Shown here piece after piece: positions 63,141 to 64,000 of a stretch of 64,000 bases of DNA (its first letter is position 1; each line of letters opens with the position of its first letter). The notes below the pieces were generated by a model. That model had not been told where the DNA came from, searched no databases, and was given only the letters and a program-made list of their open reading frames with translations. The stretch covers positions 81,098,001 through 81,162,000 of the forward strand of contig CM052816.1 in assembly GCA_028534125.1 (NCBI GenBank), given 5' to 3'. The translations under genes and the position numbers were made by a program. This stretch comes from Lama glama (taxonomy: Eukaryota).

Positions 63141-63309
63141 CCAAAGCTTTGCAGACTTTAATGTGCATACAGTTCATCTGGGAATCTTGTTCAAATGCAG
63201 ATTCTGACTCAGTAGGCCAGAGGGATGGGGCAGTAAGACTCCTCATTTCTTCCATCTCCCAGGTGATGCTGATGCCACTGGTCCACAGCCCACCCTTTGA
63301 GTAGCAGGA
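63141..63309. mobile_element. MER5B/MER5A-like hAT MITE
   Basis: TGTGCATACAGTTCATCTGGGAATCTTGTTCAAATGCAGATTCTGACTCAGTAGG...CTCCCAGGTGATGCTGATGC...CTTTGAGTAGCAGG. Confidence 0.8.
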
Positions 63310-64000
63310 CCTTGGATCTTACCATCCCCTGGAACTCCTACATTTTCAAAATCCTTGAGAAACTCTTTTTGACTACAATCTCTTCCTTTTTCCTTCCTCT
63401 GTGTGCAGAACAAGTTCTTTGAATTCAAGCTCCCATCCTCCTTAATACTCACACGATGCTTGGTCCAGCAGAGCACAGAACAGAGCAGTTCTGAATGAAA
63501 GGGTGAGGCAGTAGACACAGTGTTATTCAGGCAGAGGTGCCGGGGGGAAATTGGAACTGGGGGACTGCCACTCAGAGAGAGCTTTGGAGTTGGAGATAGA
63601 AATGTAGGTGTTACCCACATAGAGATGAACATCCCACCCAGGAGAGTGGATGTGCTGCCCAGAAAGTGTTTAGAGAAAAAGGGGCCAAGGGATGAACTTG
63701 GGAAACACTAATATTTGTGAAGCAAGTGGAAAAGAGGAGTCATGAAAGGAGACCAGGAAGGGCTGCAATGTACACAGAGAACTTAGAGACGGTGGTGTCT
63801 TGGCAGCCAAGGGAAGAGCAAATTTCAAAAAAGAGAGAGACCTTTCTAAACTCCTCCACTAAAAATCCCCCCATTCAAGCCTGGTTATTTTGCTCACTCT
63901 TCCCTAAATGTGTCTAATGCATTCCTCCTTCTAGGCTGGGATTCCCTATACCGGTCTCTCTGAGGAGGCTCTTCAGTACCCATCTCTTCTTACCCATCCT

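Larger units (their letters stand above)
46061..64000 (-). other. NPR3: Part of the large NPR3 intron upstream of exon 4 (exons 1-3 lie beyond the window)
   Basis: No ORF in this interval encodes the expected preceding exon ([20 protein letters not shown]...). The interval is repeat-rich. Confidence 0.85.

Overview
This is mammalian genomic DNA, most likely camelid, judged from two copies of the tRNA-derived camelid vic-1-type SINE and cetartiodactyl-type L1 3' ends. The window holds the 3' half of NPR3 (natriuretic peptide clearance receptor, NPR-C) on the minus strand. Five coding exons are present (45925-46060, 40143-40237, 38163-38298, 36528-36615, 35427-35538), matching exons 4-8 of the known gene. 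All splice sites are GT-AG, phases are consistent, and together they encode the C-terminal 188 aa (VNMFVEGF...SHFSVA*). A probable 3'UTR of about 5.3 kb ends near an ATTAAA at about 30150. Positions 46061-64000 are part of the large upstream intron, so exons 1-3 lie outside the window. Positions 1-30 kb are repeat-rich downstream intergenic DNA (L1, L2, MIR, MaLR/ERV LTRs, hAT MITEs). Nearly all other ORFs in the track are spurious or L1 ORF2 remnants. I see no new multi-gene system. The most interesting details are the NAGNAG acceptor that toggles an extra juxtamembrane cysteine, a His in the Gi-activating tail peptide, miR-143/miR-146 seed sites, a twin-primed L1, a chimeric L1 insertion with a 20-bp TSD, intronic AP-1/CRE motif arrays, and patches of apparent AT-to-GC biased substitution. 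Repeat family names come from my memory of consensus sequences, and repeat boundaries are approximate.
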